From: Octopus sinensis
Taxonomy: Eukaryota
Length of the DNA stretch: 64,000 bases
Direction of reading: 5' to 3'
Assembly (NCBI RefSeq): GCF_006345805.1
Contig: NC_042997.1
Span: 148,614,001 to 148,678,000, forward strand
Shown in pieces: positions 27,111-40,815 of this stretch. The notes under the pieces are model-generated. The model saw nothing but the letters and a program-made list of their open reading frames with translations, was not told the DNA's origin and did no database searches. Both the position numbers and the translations under genes were made by a program. The stretch's first letter is position 1; each line of letters starts with the position of its first letter.

Positions 27111-30100
27111 TGCTGTTACAGGATCATATGTGTGGCAATAGAAATCGGCTAGGTGAGATACCGCCAAAAACTGTGAAATGTAGTTGTCGAAAGATTTCTA
27201 CGACATCGCCAGATTTAATATGTGACTCACGATTTCGCTTAATAGTGATCTCATGTTTCAATACGCATGGGATGCAGTTGAGAAATACATCAATACCTCT
27301 ACCTAAAACACCACGGTCAAGCTGATATTCAACATCAAAGAGATGTTCTTAGACCTTCCCAGCATCACTTACTTATATATAACACAGAGGCCTAACACAG
27401 ATACATAGCTCCAACTTCGGCATTAAGGTAATAATGTCGACTCACTTTGCAGATTCGTTAAAAAAATACGAGTTTAAAATAGGTTCCAAGACCTGGAGAA
27501 AGGAAACGTAAGTTCCTGCACAGTTTCTGTCATTCTTTTCTTAATAGGAATAGATGTCTTTATGGCCACTGCTGAGAAAAAGGTTGATGCGCCAACAGTG
27601 GAGTCCTGTACCTGAAGACATCTTTTAGTTTCCTGCATGATCTCACGGTAACAGCCACAATCCGTATAGAGGTAAAACGGTTGTTGATTGCTTGACCACG
27701 CAGAAACACGAGCGAGAATGAAGTTTAAGTCGAAAAGATCTAGGAAAATGTTGATCAGGAAATGCATATCACAAATGAGATCGAGTTACACGTACAGCAA
27801 GTGAGTGGAATTAGATCCATCGCAGCTGTGGTTTCGTGTGTAAAGTGACAGCTAAAATAGTTTCTTGCTGGTTATATACTAACATACAGGAGCTACAGTG
27901 GAAACTTGGAGGGGAAGAAGAGTGATTTGACCACCACTGCCGGACAATCCAGGAAAGGGTGTTAGGTTCAGTTTAGGAAGTAACGATAATCGTTGAACAT
28001 CGGTTGATTACATCGATTCCGTCTGATCAAGATTATTTTTATGAAAAGCAAAGATAAAAGAAATATATTTAGTTGTAACCAATCTCTCCCTTCAGCTCTC
28101 AGGAATATGTAAGTAAATTATTTTCAATAAAATGCAATATATTGCACTCAATTAGTACGTTATAGTGGAGTAGAGATCTGTGGTAATCAAAGCTGATGAA
28201 ATAATATTTAACAAAATACTCTTAACGCTGTACGCGTGTGAAAGATAGAGAGTGGCGAGAGGGAGAGAGAGAGCAGTTACTCTTTTCAGTTAGTACTGTC
28301 ATTTTGCTGGAAGCAATGAAATTCTGTGTCGACCTGTGCGGGATTTAATCTCAATGAACAACGAAAGCTAAATAGCACAAAGTCTTTTTGTCCAACACTG
28401 TAGTGCTTCTGCCAATTCACCAGTCTCCCGTTGAAAAATATTCATTACATAAAAGAGACGAGACCAATAAAGAGGATGCAGGAGAAAAATAAGAAATATA
28501 GCGATACACCATATCTAGTAATGATTATTATACTCAATGTATGAGCGATTCTCCCAGTTAACCATACCTCAGTGGAGCTATAATATAACAAACAAGGAAA
28601 GCAATGTAGATGATGGTGAATAAAATTGAGAACTATCGTTACACACCATTTCTAATAATAGTAATTATGATATTAACAGTAATAAATTATAGTGATAAAT
28701 TACATAAATATTATCATTTGTTTATCTAGTTAACCAGCTTCATTATTGGTTCAATACATTTACCGCTAGTACTATCTTAATCAGGAATATTCGAACAGAT
28801 CTCGCCGAAGTTTTAGTATTACAAATACAGAATATTATTTAGAGTTACTGTGATATATGCTAATAATAAATTAGCTTCAGTATTTTAAAAATAGAACAAA
28901 TATTTTCTTTCTTCATCTTGTATATTTTCATATGTAATGTGATATAAAACAATAAAAATATATATCGGATAATCTACGGGAAAAACAATGCAAGATAGAA
29001 AGACATTCCCTACTACAACACCCATTACCAAAGTGAAAACAGTAAGGCAGCAGGAAGTCATACTTTTCTTTCATTGCAAGTTGTTCAGTAAGGAAGTATC
29101 ACAGGTCACTCAGTGGGGAGTGAAGTCAGATATATTTCAAATAACTGACACGGTTAGAAAATTTGTAGTCTTACTTTTAAAGGCCAAAAGTCTCAGCAGA
29201 AATACCAAACGAAATCACGCTGTGCCATATGTCAAAACATCAGAAGAGTATTTCGATAGTAAAAATTCTTGAAATATCAATAATCTAGAGATTCAGGAAT
29301 TTTTGAAGCAAACAATCTTGCGTACAAAGAACATCATTAACTGACATAAACAAAGGAATTCACAAAATGTAAGGCGAGTGCGTAATCAAGTGCAATATTT
29401 GAATACTGTTATCAAAGGATCTTATAACTGAAAAATTGACGTGTGTTATTGTAGGAGTAAAAATACCAAGGGGCGCCTTTTGTAAGAACAACAGTCCCTA
29501 CAGCAATGATATTTCATATGGTGTACCAATAATATTTATAAAGGATATACCAGTCCTGAGGACAAAAATTGGAATAATTCCAATGAAGAAAGACAAAAAA
29601 TAAATGAAGCGCTAAAACAGAATGTTGTATAGCGTTGAAATTTTTTTACAATATCTATCATAGCTATATCTGTATTACAAGAAACACGTTAGAAATCCAA
29701 AGTGTTTCATTTGGGTTTAATTAACATTAGTAATATTTGGGATGTTAAATTATATAAGTGAAAATCATTACATATATGCTGCACATTAAAATTAATACAT
29801 TCTTGCCTTTAGTGTATATCTGGTAAATGTACTTACTTCTCATTTTGTTGTCCAACGAAACAGGGAATAAAAAGCTCAATTTTGAGGCTTACATGAAGAT
29901 ACATTGTTACCACATTCCGTGCGGACCAAAAACATTCTTTCGTTAAGTAGATTAGATATATACGTAGAGGCAGGAATAAACTTATACCAACATAGATATA
30001 TAGAGACATACTTACGCACATGCATATTTATATATACATGTAGTTATGTGTATATATAAATATATAAAGAATATATATTTATCTATACGTCTATATGCAT

Positions 30101-30128
30101 ACACATACATATATATATACATATATAG

Positions 30129-30160
<32 letters not shown>

Positions 30161-30501
30161 ATAAATCAAATGGCAGAGAATGACAATTTAATGTATAGGA
30201 AGCTTTATTGCTCACAGCGAACGTTTCGCCATATCCTTCGGCGCAGAAGCGTCACGCCAGTTGATGCAACAAGAAGCGTTTTGTTAAATGAACTCTGCTT
30301 CGTTGGCGAAACGACCGATACGATCATTGTGAGCAATAAATTTTGCCGCGTATTCCATTTTCCGTCTCTATTATTTTATTTACCTCCTATCCTGTTGTGA
30401 GGAATTCCTGAGATAGATCCGGCGGCAAGTGTGTAATTTCCACGGATGGCGTTTGGCAGCGAACATGCTTTATCGGGGTACATCTAGAAACACACCCAAC
30501 A

Positions 30502-30561
<60 letters not shown>

Positions 30562-30932
30562 ACTTACTGTTCACAAAAGTCGGGATGCGTGGCGTTCAGT
30601 TACTCAATAAATGAAACATGCATGAAATACTACAAAACTTACACGTAGAACAGACACACAAAGACCCTAATTCTTGATCAGTTATCGACCAAAATACTAA
30701 TACTCTGTTACATACCTTAAACGATAAAACTGAGAATTCGTATATTAGCGGTACCCGGAAAATTTACGGTGAATTAGGACTCGAACAAACAAAAGATACA
30801 AGGTGAACGTACGAAAGAAAACAAATATAATTAAAAGCGATAGACGAAGACGGAATACGGACTTTTGGCCAAACACCTGATTGGGTGTAACGCCTATATA
30901 TGTGTAAGTGTGTATATATATATACATACATA

Positions 30933-30970
<38 letters not shown>

Positions 30971-31175
30971 AGTGTAAACAGAGTTAGCGGTTATGATAAC
31001 CGACTAAGGGATAAAATAGCCGTGTATACTATTGGTATCCGTTATCCGTTATCCAACTTATAAATGTGGTCCAATCGAAGTGTTTGTTAATCTGAGGCTT
31101 TCTCCATTTTCTGATTATTTGTAAATATATATATATATATATATATATAAAGCGGGTCCACATAAAGTGAGATAT

Positions 31176-31221
<46 letters not shown>

Positions 31222-31311
31222 CATAACTGTGTATGTTTGCAAACTAATACACCTAATTGTTGTTTATACACCAGTCTTCGACTTTTGTTTTACTGTAAAT
31301 TTCAATTATAT

Positions 31312-31355
<44 letters not shown>

Positions 31356-31364
31356 ATATATGAA

Positions 31365-31890
31365 CAGTAATATCTCACTTTATGTGGACCCGCTTTATGA
31401 GACTCCGGGTTTACGAAATTTAGTTTTCAAGTCCCCAATTTTGCACGAAGTGCAAAGGTTTGTAGTACCATAGCAAATGCTTCTACCTGTTACCGAGAAA
31501 TTTATAGACTGTGAAGAAAAGCTCTTAAGCAATCAAATCTAGACTTCATTTGTAAAAAGAAATCTACAAGTCAGTCTACATGCTTGTGAATCGGTGATTG
31601 CGTCTTCAAGTGATGGTGTGCGCGTGTCTAGAGCTAGTGAAAGCGCTTATGATAATATTTATTATTATAAATGATCTTGACATTATTCTTACCTTACAAA
31701 AATATTCTTTACATTCTACTTTTGTTTCATTGTCATTTATTTGCTAGTGATGTAAATTTTATTGGTAAAATAGTTTTTTTCTGGGAACGAATTACGATTT
31801 ATAAATTGCAGCTACGGGAAATTGTTGCTCTACTTCACGATTTTCCGCTTTACGAGCGGCCTCCGGGAACAAATTAACTCATATATCGAG
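31365..31890. mobile_element. pogo/Tigger-type non-autonomous element remnant
   Basis: Termini cagtaatatctcacttta / actcatatatcgaggcgtgactct resemble Tigger-type TIRs. Confidence 0.5.
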
Positions 31891-31902
31891 GCGTGACTCT
31901 TC

Positions 31903-31953
<51 letters not shown>

Positions 31954-33792
31954 ATATATATATATATATATAATATATATATATATATATTGTTTGCTAT
32001 ATATTTTCAGAAAAACTTCACTATTGTAATCAGAAAAATCTCTTTTCCCGAAAATATCTTCTTCATTGGAGCACCATTAATTAGCAAGTTCTTTAAACCT
32101 GCGGTTAACTTTGTATGAAATCTCTTGCATCTAATTTATCACCTTATTTCATAATCTGCTCACTTCTACAAAAATATATATTATTTGTGTGATGTCATTT
32201 GAATTGTCAAACATATGTATTAATGCTTTGATACATACGTACACTCAGGCACTCCCACATATATATCTACTATACCTCGTCCGTGTAAATCGCACCGGTT
32301 CTGCTTTTAAACAGTTTCACTCTACAAATTTATTTTCATAATAGCCAACTCTAGGACCTACTATAAATTGCATCTATGTCTCCATGGAATCATATATATT
32401 TATATGCAGAATAGTCTAGTAGTGGAGGCAATGTTCCTTAAAAAATATATAGCAAATTCACGTTAATGCATTTCGTCATAAGGCTGCTGCATTATGGGCG
32501 TCCTGCAGCTAAAGAAATCTCATTATAACACCGAGAACATTTTAATTCAATAAACTAAATGAACCTAACTGGCGCCATGATTTTAATTTTCTGTTTCATT
32601 TAAGAAATTCAGTATATAATGCAGTTGTAATTACTTACACTTATCCAGGATCTGTCATTGAGGATTACGTCTTGGCAATGCACAGAGACGCCATTTGCAT
32701 TATTTTGTTTTGCACTGCCATATAATAGATATTAAAGAACATATCATATATATTCGTATACTACAAAAATAAATATATATTCCATCCATTAATGTTCTTA
32801 GTTCGAAGACAACACAAATATGAAAAGTGATCTCAAATTTAACCACTTTCGTATATTATTAGTTTTAAATCATTTACTCGCAACAGTGTAATGAAATACT
32901 AATTGATCATTGAAAATACTGAAATTCAAGTTGGGATGTAAAAATCGAAAACGAGTTAGAAAACGCCGCTTAATTGTCTCATATATTTTCATTTCTTAAT
33001 TTCTTTGGAGATAGATATACTTAAAAAATGATATGATTCACAGTTTGATATTTTAGTATAGAATAAATTTCTACTGGCGCCAGTTAAAGCAATATATCAA
33101 ATGTAGGAAACCAAAACTAAGAAATAGAGACGAAACGTGTGTGTATATATGCTTCTGTGTGTGTGTGTGTGTGTGTTCGTTTCTGAGTAGAAGCGAATAA
33201 AGAAATATATTGCCACACGAAAATATTGAGGAAAATTAAAGATGTCAAGATTAAGATCAAATTAAAATTTTAATTAAAGTATGTCCTATTAAAAAAAAAG
33301 AACGGTATAATTTTAACTGGAAACGGAAATTCGTAAATGTGAAAATAATATTATTCGGTAATTCAGCTAAAATACGTAGAATATGGCAAACTATTAGACA
33401 ACATCTGAGACTAGTTTAGAAGGCTTCGATGACTTTCTTATTTCTTTCAAAAACATGTTCCCATATACTTACTACTATACATAACGGTATCTAATTAAAC
33501 AAAAACTTCAAGAAGCATTCGGATTAGTTGGTTAAAGTCAAACGTCGCTAAACTCAAAATATTTCTAGTAAAGAAAACTGCTACAGCCATATTTCAGAAA
33601 AGGAACGAAGTTTTTCCAGGCATTCAAAATTAATAGGAAATGAATATAAGAGAAATGCGGTCTCATTTGTTAGCGCATTTGCAATATTTAAAAGAGAAAC
33701 ATTTGAGCTGTGATGGGATGTAATAGCAAAGAATGCATAAGAAGCTGAGTTTCATATCCTGCTAATATTCCTTCCTGCTAAATGCACAAACA

Positions 33793-34105
33793 GGAGGCGC
33801 AATGGGCCAGTAGTTAGTGCAGCGGACTCGTAGTCGGAGGATCGCGCTTTCGTTTCCCAGTTTGGACGTTGTGTGTGTTTATTGAGTGAAAACACATAAC
33901 GCTCCAAGAGGCTCCGGCAGGAGGTGGTGGCAACCCCTGTTGTAGGTTTTCGCCACAACTTTCTCTCACTCTCTCTTCCTGTTTCTTGAGTCACGCTGCG
34001 CTGGACTGACGTCCCGTCCAGCTGGGAGAAACATACGCCACAGAAACTGGGAAATCGGGCCCACGAGCCTGGCTAGGCTTGAAAAGGGTGCATAAATATA
34101 TAAAT
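33793..34105 (+). mobile_element. tRNA-derived SINE, same family as 3568-3885
   Basis: ggaggcgcaatgggccagtagttag...ggactgacgtcccgtccagctggg...gagcctggctaggcttgaaaa. Confidence 0.85.
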
Positions 34106-34109
34106 AAAA

Positions 34110-34550
34110 AGGCACAACGCCTGGAATTTTGCGGAGAATGGGATATATCAAATATATCGACCGCAGTACTCGACTGCTACTTATTTTATCGACCACAAAA
34201 TGATGAAAGCCAAAGTCAACCCTGACCGCATTTGAAAATTGAACTTAGAAAAAAAGAACGAAATGCCGCTAAGTATTTTGCCAGGAACGCTAACCATTCT
34301 GCCAGCTTGTCGTCCTATTTCCTGTTAATATTATCATGATTATTAAGACGGTGAGCTATCAGAATTGTTTGAACTCAGAACATAGAGACGTCCGTCTTTA
34401 TGTTCTGAGTTCAAATTTCGCTGACTTTCAACTTTTCTTTCATTCTTTAGGGATAGAAGTAATAACTACCAGTTGAGAACTGGAGTCAATATGATCGACT
34501 AACCTCTCCTTCGAAATTGCTGGCCTTGTGCCAAAATTTGATACCAATAT
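34110..34550. mobile_element. Two degenerate Nin-type SINEs in opposite orientation (34110-34315 -, 34345-34550 +)
   Basis: ttctgccagcttgtcgtc head on minus; aagacggtgagctatcagaa...ctgagttcaaattt head on plus. Confidence 0.6.
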
Positions 34551-36595
34551 GATCATGAGTATTATTCTCTTCAAATAGAAAAGATATATAGCGATGCTTA
34601 ACCTTATGGTGGAATGCAGAATGTTTCTCTTCAAGTTGTTTGCTGAGAATAGAGTAACCCTGAATTTCTGGTTCGTATGGGTGGTCATCAAGAATTAAGA
34701 GTTGCTGCGGGGTCCACGAACGATCTGAAGTAAGCCTTCCACTTTATTTTGTATCACATGATAAATTTATGTTTTTCTGCAATTGCTAAGGTAGTTGAGT
34801 CATCATACGGCACACGAAGGCAGATTGCACTGCCACTATACCTCTTACTTCTTCTTTTCTTTTGCCTACCAACGTTACTGTTTGTTTTAATGTATTTGGA
34901 CGGCTGACACGCGGAGAAAATAATTGAAATGATTAATTTTTAACAGAAATATATGCAATCTTTCTGTAGTGTAGTCGATCAGTTATTTCACAGAAAACGA
35001 TATATTCGTGATTGGTATCGTGTCTGCTTTCCTTTTTGTCCTCAGAATTGTGATCTCTCTTTCTTGATGACTATCATATTTACTTTTTCTATCTCTCTCT
35101 ATATATACATATTTGCGTGTCTACATATGTATTTATGCGACTTTCATTCGAGTTTGTCACTCAAGTTTGATTTATTTTGAAAACACGTTCACATGGAATT
35201 CATTGACAATTTTCCTCAAAAGTATGCATGTCATCTTTTCACCTTGTGCGGAAGAGTTAACAAAATTTTTAAAACGAATTGTTAAGACGAACGTCACTGT
35301 GAAATATAAGTTACTCTCCACCAAGCCCAGGAAAACTTGTTGCACAAACCTAAACGCTTACACTACGCAAACCTCCGGCTACAATCAACTTTCTGTCTGA
35401 ATTCGCTCCGCATATCTGCTCAGCACGCATAACATACAAAGAAAGAAACCGATCAATTGCCTTACTTTTTGACGTGAGGTCACTTTCTCCTGACGTCTCC
35501 CTTTTCTTCACAACACCTTGTCATCCTATTTCAATATGTAATACGTACTAAAGATCCTAAATTAACAATATTAACTAAAACATACGCTGTCTTTGTCTAA
35601 GAATAAATAGTATAGCCAAATGTAATACAATGCATTAAAATTTAATGCTTGAATTATTGTGAAAATATTCCTGCCTTAGAATTTAATGTGATATGGTATG
35701 CTGAGAACTGTGACTACATCACACTATAATCCCACTGAACTTAAGGTATCGTCTTACTCTATATTTCACTACATTATTATAACTTAAGATGGCATTGTCA
35801 AAATATTCAAATTTATGTATATGTTTAGGCAATGCATTAAATTAATGCAGGCAATAGTTTTCATAAATAATTCTCCAATGAGATTATTATTGGAATCTCT
35901 TTCTTGTAGATGAATTGCAGCTGCCTATATCCCTGCAAATTAAATCTTGAGTTTGCCTGAAGTTCAAAGAGCATTTCATGCAACACTCTGTGGCTAGATT
36001 CGTTCAATTGAAATCTGTTATGGGATTTGAAGTGATTTTAAACTCTCTTTGTAGATTTCAACGAAATTATATCACGTTTCATTGAAGAGTCCTTCAAATA
36101 TTTTCAAGCATAAGATTTTGAAGAAACATATTTATGTTCTCTATTGTTATATATCGCTAGAAGACATATTTTTGAGACATAAAATATTCACATTGTATCA
36201 ACTGTTACAGAAATTACTTTATATTTCCCTGTTGGGAAATTTTAAGATCTTTTGTTAACATTTTGAAGAATAAGCATTTGTATTCTATTTCCTGTATTTC
36301 ATTTTAGCTTTAACCTAGCAGCAATATTCTGCGTGGAAATATATATGTGTCACAAGTAATTACTTTTCTAATTCCAAAGCTATTCTATCCGTATATACTG
36401 ATAAAGTTTGCTTTAACATTAATATATTTCACACGACTGACTATTTTATAATCAATTAATAATTGAATTCAGAAATACCTACATATATATGCACGGATAC
36501 ATAACACCCACCCATACCATCGCAAAGTATTACAGACACACACATGCACACACCCACGCATACATACATATATACATGCACATACACGCATATGT

Positions 36596-36775
36596 GACTG
36601 CGTTTGTAACGTTTGCGATTTTCTTTCTCCGTCTTCCCTTCCTTGGATCTTTACTTTTTCTATGTTTCCGCTCGAAACGTTAAATCCTCCTTCTTTCTTT
36701 CCTTTCCTGAGCCTCTAATAACACCATACTTGTTCCACGTCCTCGCGTTGTTGTGTTTTCTCTTTGGATTAACTA
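36596..36775 (+). mobile_element. Copy of the 24545 family with the HHR core deleted
   Basis: Reads gtttccgctcgaaacgttaaa; 13 nt are lost between TCCG direct repeats. Confidence 0.75.
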
Positions 36776-36814
36776 TATATATACTTACGTACGCTGCTAT
36801 ATGCATATATAAAT

Positions 36815-37387
36815 AGAAAAGATGCAGTAAGAACATAACAGACGAGACTAAAAGCATACGAACAGATTGACGATACAAATACGGACAAGAAAAACAAGGA
36901 TAGATCATTAGTAGCCTTCTATTCATCAGTCAAGTTTCCAAATTATCATTACAGTTTCGGCCTGTTACACTTGAGGCTGTTCAAAATTGGCTGGCACCAA
37001 AAATTTAATCTAAGAGCATTGTTCGGCCAAGCATGCCCTTACTTTCTTGGCGCGCCCGCCATCCGTACAGCTCCTTTTATTTTCTTGTCTCCTGACTCTC
37101 ATTTGTGTTCGTGCCTCACAGCTTCCACTCCACACACCAGTTTAACTTGATTCGTCCTTATTAGTCGAAAGACATCAGCTGTTATTCTTTTGTTCTTTGT
37201 ATTTGTAATTGTGCAATATTTTCTCCGTCTTCTCGTTTTTTATTTACCTGTGTTGTCGTACACACTCGCTTGCTTTCTTCCGAAAATTTAATGCTCTTAG
37301 CTTAGATCTTTGGGGCCAGCCAATCTTGAACAGACTCAAGTATAAGAGGCCGAAATTGTAATGATAATTTGAAAACATGACTGATGA
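36815..37387. repeat. Inverted repeat, 98 bp arms (36923-37020 / 37290-37387) with ~270 bp spacer
   Basis: The arms are ungapped reverse complements with scattered substitutions. Confidence 0.9.
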
Positions 37388-37394
37388 TATCTAT

Positions 37395-38030
37395 CGATAT
37401 CTGTTGCAAAGCCGCTAAGTTACAGGAACGTAAAGCACCAATGCCACTTATCAAGCGATACTTGTGGGGACAAACATAGACTGAAATACGCACACACATA
37501 GATACACACAGACACACACATATATATACATGTATATATATATGTATATTTGTCTCTCCCAGGTCTTTTACTGATGAAGTGTAACCTATGGTAGATTGGC
37601 TTAATTTAATTTAATTAAGCTAATTTAAACATTAATGACACAGAAACGTTGCAACGTCTAAAAGATGAATTAGGGTAAATGTTTTTAAATTTTCACCTAA
37701 TTTCGTGAATTACTACTACTTGGCGGTGTGAGTTATGGCTGCTCTTTCTGGTGGACGAGTGACCTGTTGGGGTCACTCCTAAATTGTTTATATATATATA
37801 TATTATATATATATATATTGTATATATATATGTATATATATATATGTATATATATATGTATATATATAATAAGTATAATATATATGGGATTCTCTCAGTT
37901 TCCTTCTACCAAATCACTTAGTAGTTAGTATGCTTTAATCGGCCCGAGAAGACACCCGGCCAAGGTGCCACGCTGAGGAACTGAACCCAGAAGCATGTGG
38001 TTTGGGAAGCAAGCTTCTTACCACACAACA
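37395..38030 (-). mobile_element. CORE-like SINE on minus strand, split around the 37555-37790 insert
   Basis: 3' part at 37395-37500 and 5' part at 37885-38030 match the family consensus in reverse. Confidence 0.65.
37564..37665 (+). ncRNA. Type I hammerhead ribozyme motif with canonical GUC site
   Basis: Stem I tctttta/taaaaga (7 bp); CTGATGA at 37571-37577; stem II gtgt...acac with a long inner hairpin; GAAA at 37643-37646; stem III is the perfect palindrome ACGTTGCAACGT; GTC at 37656-37658. Confidence 0.85.
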
Positions 38031-38499
38031 ACATACATACCTTTGTATATGTATATACCTATATGTTACTCACACAAACAGACACATAGACTCACGCATA
38101 CACAACCATGTATTTGATACAAGTAAGATGAAGGAATTTAGTGAATCCTCATTATTCGTTATTCTCGCATCGATACGACTCGGTTTCTAGTGCAATTATG
38201 CGTCAATGATTGCACGTGAAAGGTTGCGCAATATTGATTATATTGGAGTGACACTTCATCGGACCAGCAAGAAGATGTGAGCTCTTATATTGCGTGATCA
38301 ATAAGAATAAAATTTTACTTATATGGGAAGGAAGCATGTCATGAAGTGTAAAAGAGGACTAAGGAAAATGAAAAAAAAAAAAAGATAAAAGCATGTTAAT
38401 GATATTTGCAGCAAAAGCATAAGGGAAGGAAATGATGATCAGGATGATGTGGATGTTGCCGGCGAATGACGTCGAACTACGAGTAAGAAGATTACGACA

Positions 38500-38623
38500 A
38501 TGAAGACGGCGACTACGGCAACGATGATTACGACGACTATGACGATGACGATGACGACGTCGATGATGATGATGATGATGATGATGATGGTAGTGGTGGT
38601 GGTGGTGGTGGTGGTGGTGGTGG

Positions 38624-38669
<46 letters not shown>

Positions 38670-38673
38670 GATG

Positions 38674-38704
<31 letters not shown>

Positions 38705-40066
38705 GATGATGATGATGATGAAAATGAGGTAGAAGTGGAGGAGAGCAGAAAAACTGAGATTGAGGAGGAGGGAAAGAAGAAGAGGAGGATAAGGAGAAGA
38801 GGGGGAGAAGAAGAAGAAGAGGAGGAGGAGAAGAGTAGGTGGAGAATAAGAGGAGGAGAATAAGAAGAAGATGAGGGGGGAGAAGACGGGGAGGGGGTAG
38901 AAGAAGGGAAGGAAGAGAAGAGCCGGGGGATGAGGATAAGGAGAAGAAGAAGAAGAAGAAGAAAAGAAGAAGAAGAAGAAGAAGAAGAAGAAGAAGAAGA
39001 AGAAGAAGAAAAGAAGATGAGGGAGAAGTAGAAGAAGCATAATAATAATAAGAAGAAGGAGAAGAAGAAGAAGAGAAGCAGGAGGAAGTGGTTGTAGGTT
39101 TGAAAATAATTCAACTTATACGTTTAAATGTATGTCTAAACATATTTGCATGCATACCTATGTGTGTGCATTGGAGTAAGGTAGGGTGTCTTGTTTGGCG
39201 TATATATAAAACAAACGTATATACCTTTATCGGATTGTCATATTCCTTACAATGTAGTAACGAACTCTCTGAATTACGAACAGCGTCGCGACGATGATTA
39301 CGACGACGATGACGATGAATGATGATGAGGATGATGATGATGATGATTGATGTGTGTTGGTGGTGGGGGGTGGTGTGGTAGGGTGGTGGTGGGGATGATG
39401 ATTAGGGTGATGGTGATGAATGGTGATGATGAAAATGAGGTAGAAGTGGAGGAGAGCAGGAAAAAAGAACTGAGAGGAGGGGAGGAAGAAGAAGGATGAG
39501 GAAAGAGAAGAGGAGGAAATAAGAGAGGAAAAGAGGACCAAAGATGAGAAGAGAAGAGGATGTGAGAATAAAGGAGGAAAAAATAAGATGAGGAGAAGAG
39601 GAGGTGGAGAATAGAGGAGAAAGAAGAAGAAGAAGAAGAAGTGGAGGAGGGGAGAAGATGTTGACGGTAGAAGAAGGGGAGGGGTAGAAGAAGAGAGGAA
39701 GAGAAGAGCCGGGGGAGGAGGATAGAGGAGAAGAGAATAAGAAGAAGAAGAAGAGAAGAAGAAGAAGAAAAGAAGATGAGGGAGAAGTAGAAGAAGCATA
39801 ATAATAATAAGAAGAAGGAAAAGAAGAAGAGAAGCAGGAGGAAGTGGTTGTAGGTTTGAAATATTCAACTTATACGTTTAAATTATGTCTAAACATATTT
39901 GCATGCTACCTATGTGTGTGCATTGGAGTAAGGTAGGGTGTCTTGTTTGGCGTATATATAAAAACAAACGTATATACCTTTATCGTATTGTCATATTCCT
40001 TACAATGTAGTAACGAACTCTCTGAATTACGAACATCGTCGCGACGATGATTACGACGACGATGAC

Positions 40067-40120
<54 letters not shown>

Positions 40121-40497
40121 GGTGGTGGTGGTGGTAGTGGTGGTGGTGGTGATGATGATGATGATGGTGATGGTGATGATGATGGTGATGATGAAAATGA
40201 GGTAGAAGTGGAGGAGAGCAGGAAAACTGAGATTGAAGAGGAGGGGAAGAAGAAGAGGATGAGAAGGAGAAGAGGAGGAGAATAAGATGAGGAGAAGAGG
40301 AGGACAATAAGATGAGGAGGAAAGGGATGGATAAGAAGAGAGAAGAAAATAAAATGAGGAGAGAGGAGGTGGAGAATAAGAGGAGGAGAAGAGAAGAAAA
40401 AGAAGTGGAGGAGGGGAGAAGATGGGGAAGGGTAGAGAAGGGGAGGGGAAAAGAGGAGGAAGAGAAGAGCCGGGAGAGGATAAGGAGGAGAGAAGAA

Positions 40498-40528
<31 letters not shown>

Positions 40529-40815
40529 AAGAAAAGAAGATGAGGGAGAAGTAGAAGAAGCATAATAATAATAAGAAGAAGGAGAAGAAGAAGAAGAGAA
40601 GCAGGAGGAAGTGGTTGTAGGTTTGAAAATAATTCAACTTATACGTTTAAATGTATGTCTAAACATATTTGCATGCATATCTATGTGTGTGCATCGGGGT
40701 AAGGTAGGGTGTCTTGTTTGGCGTATATATAAAAACAAACGTATATACCTTTATCGTATTGTCATATTCCTTACAATGTAGTAACGAACTCTCTGAATTA
40801 CGAACATCGTCGCGA
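38500..40815 (+). repeat. Tandem triplication (~760-790 bp): (GAT)n/(GGT)n/(GAA)n low complexity plus a ~200 bp unique block
   Basis: gaagtggttgtaggtttgaaa...ctctgaattacgaaca.cgtcgcga ends at ~39290, ~40043 and ~40815. Confidence 0.9.

Noticed and set aside
27330-27900. Possible degenerate non-LTR RT fragment on minus strand
   Set aside because: Only vague motif resemblance, with no clear YADD/FADD; it cannot be supported without a search.
30976-31130. Possible HHR remnant (ccgactaagggata...tatccg)
   Set aside because: No GAAA, palindrome or NUH could be placed.
38359-40637. Long poly-His/Ser/Leu ORFs (up to 251 aa)
   Set aside because: They arise from trinucleotide repeats, the frames are not conserved among the three tandem units, and no domain is recognisable.
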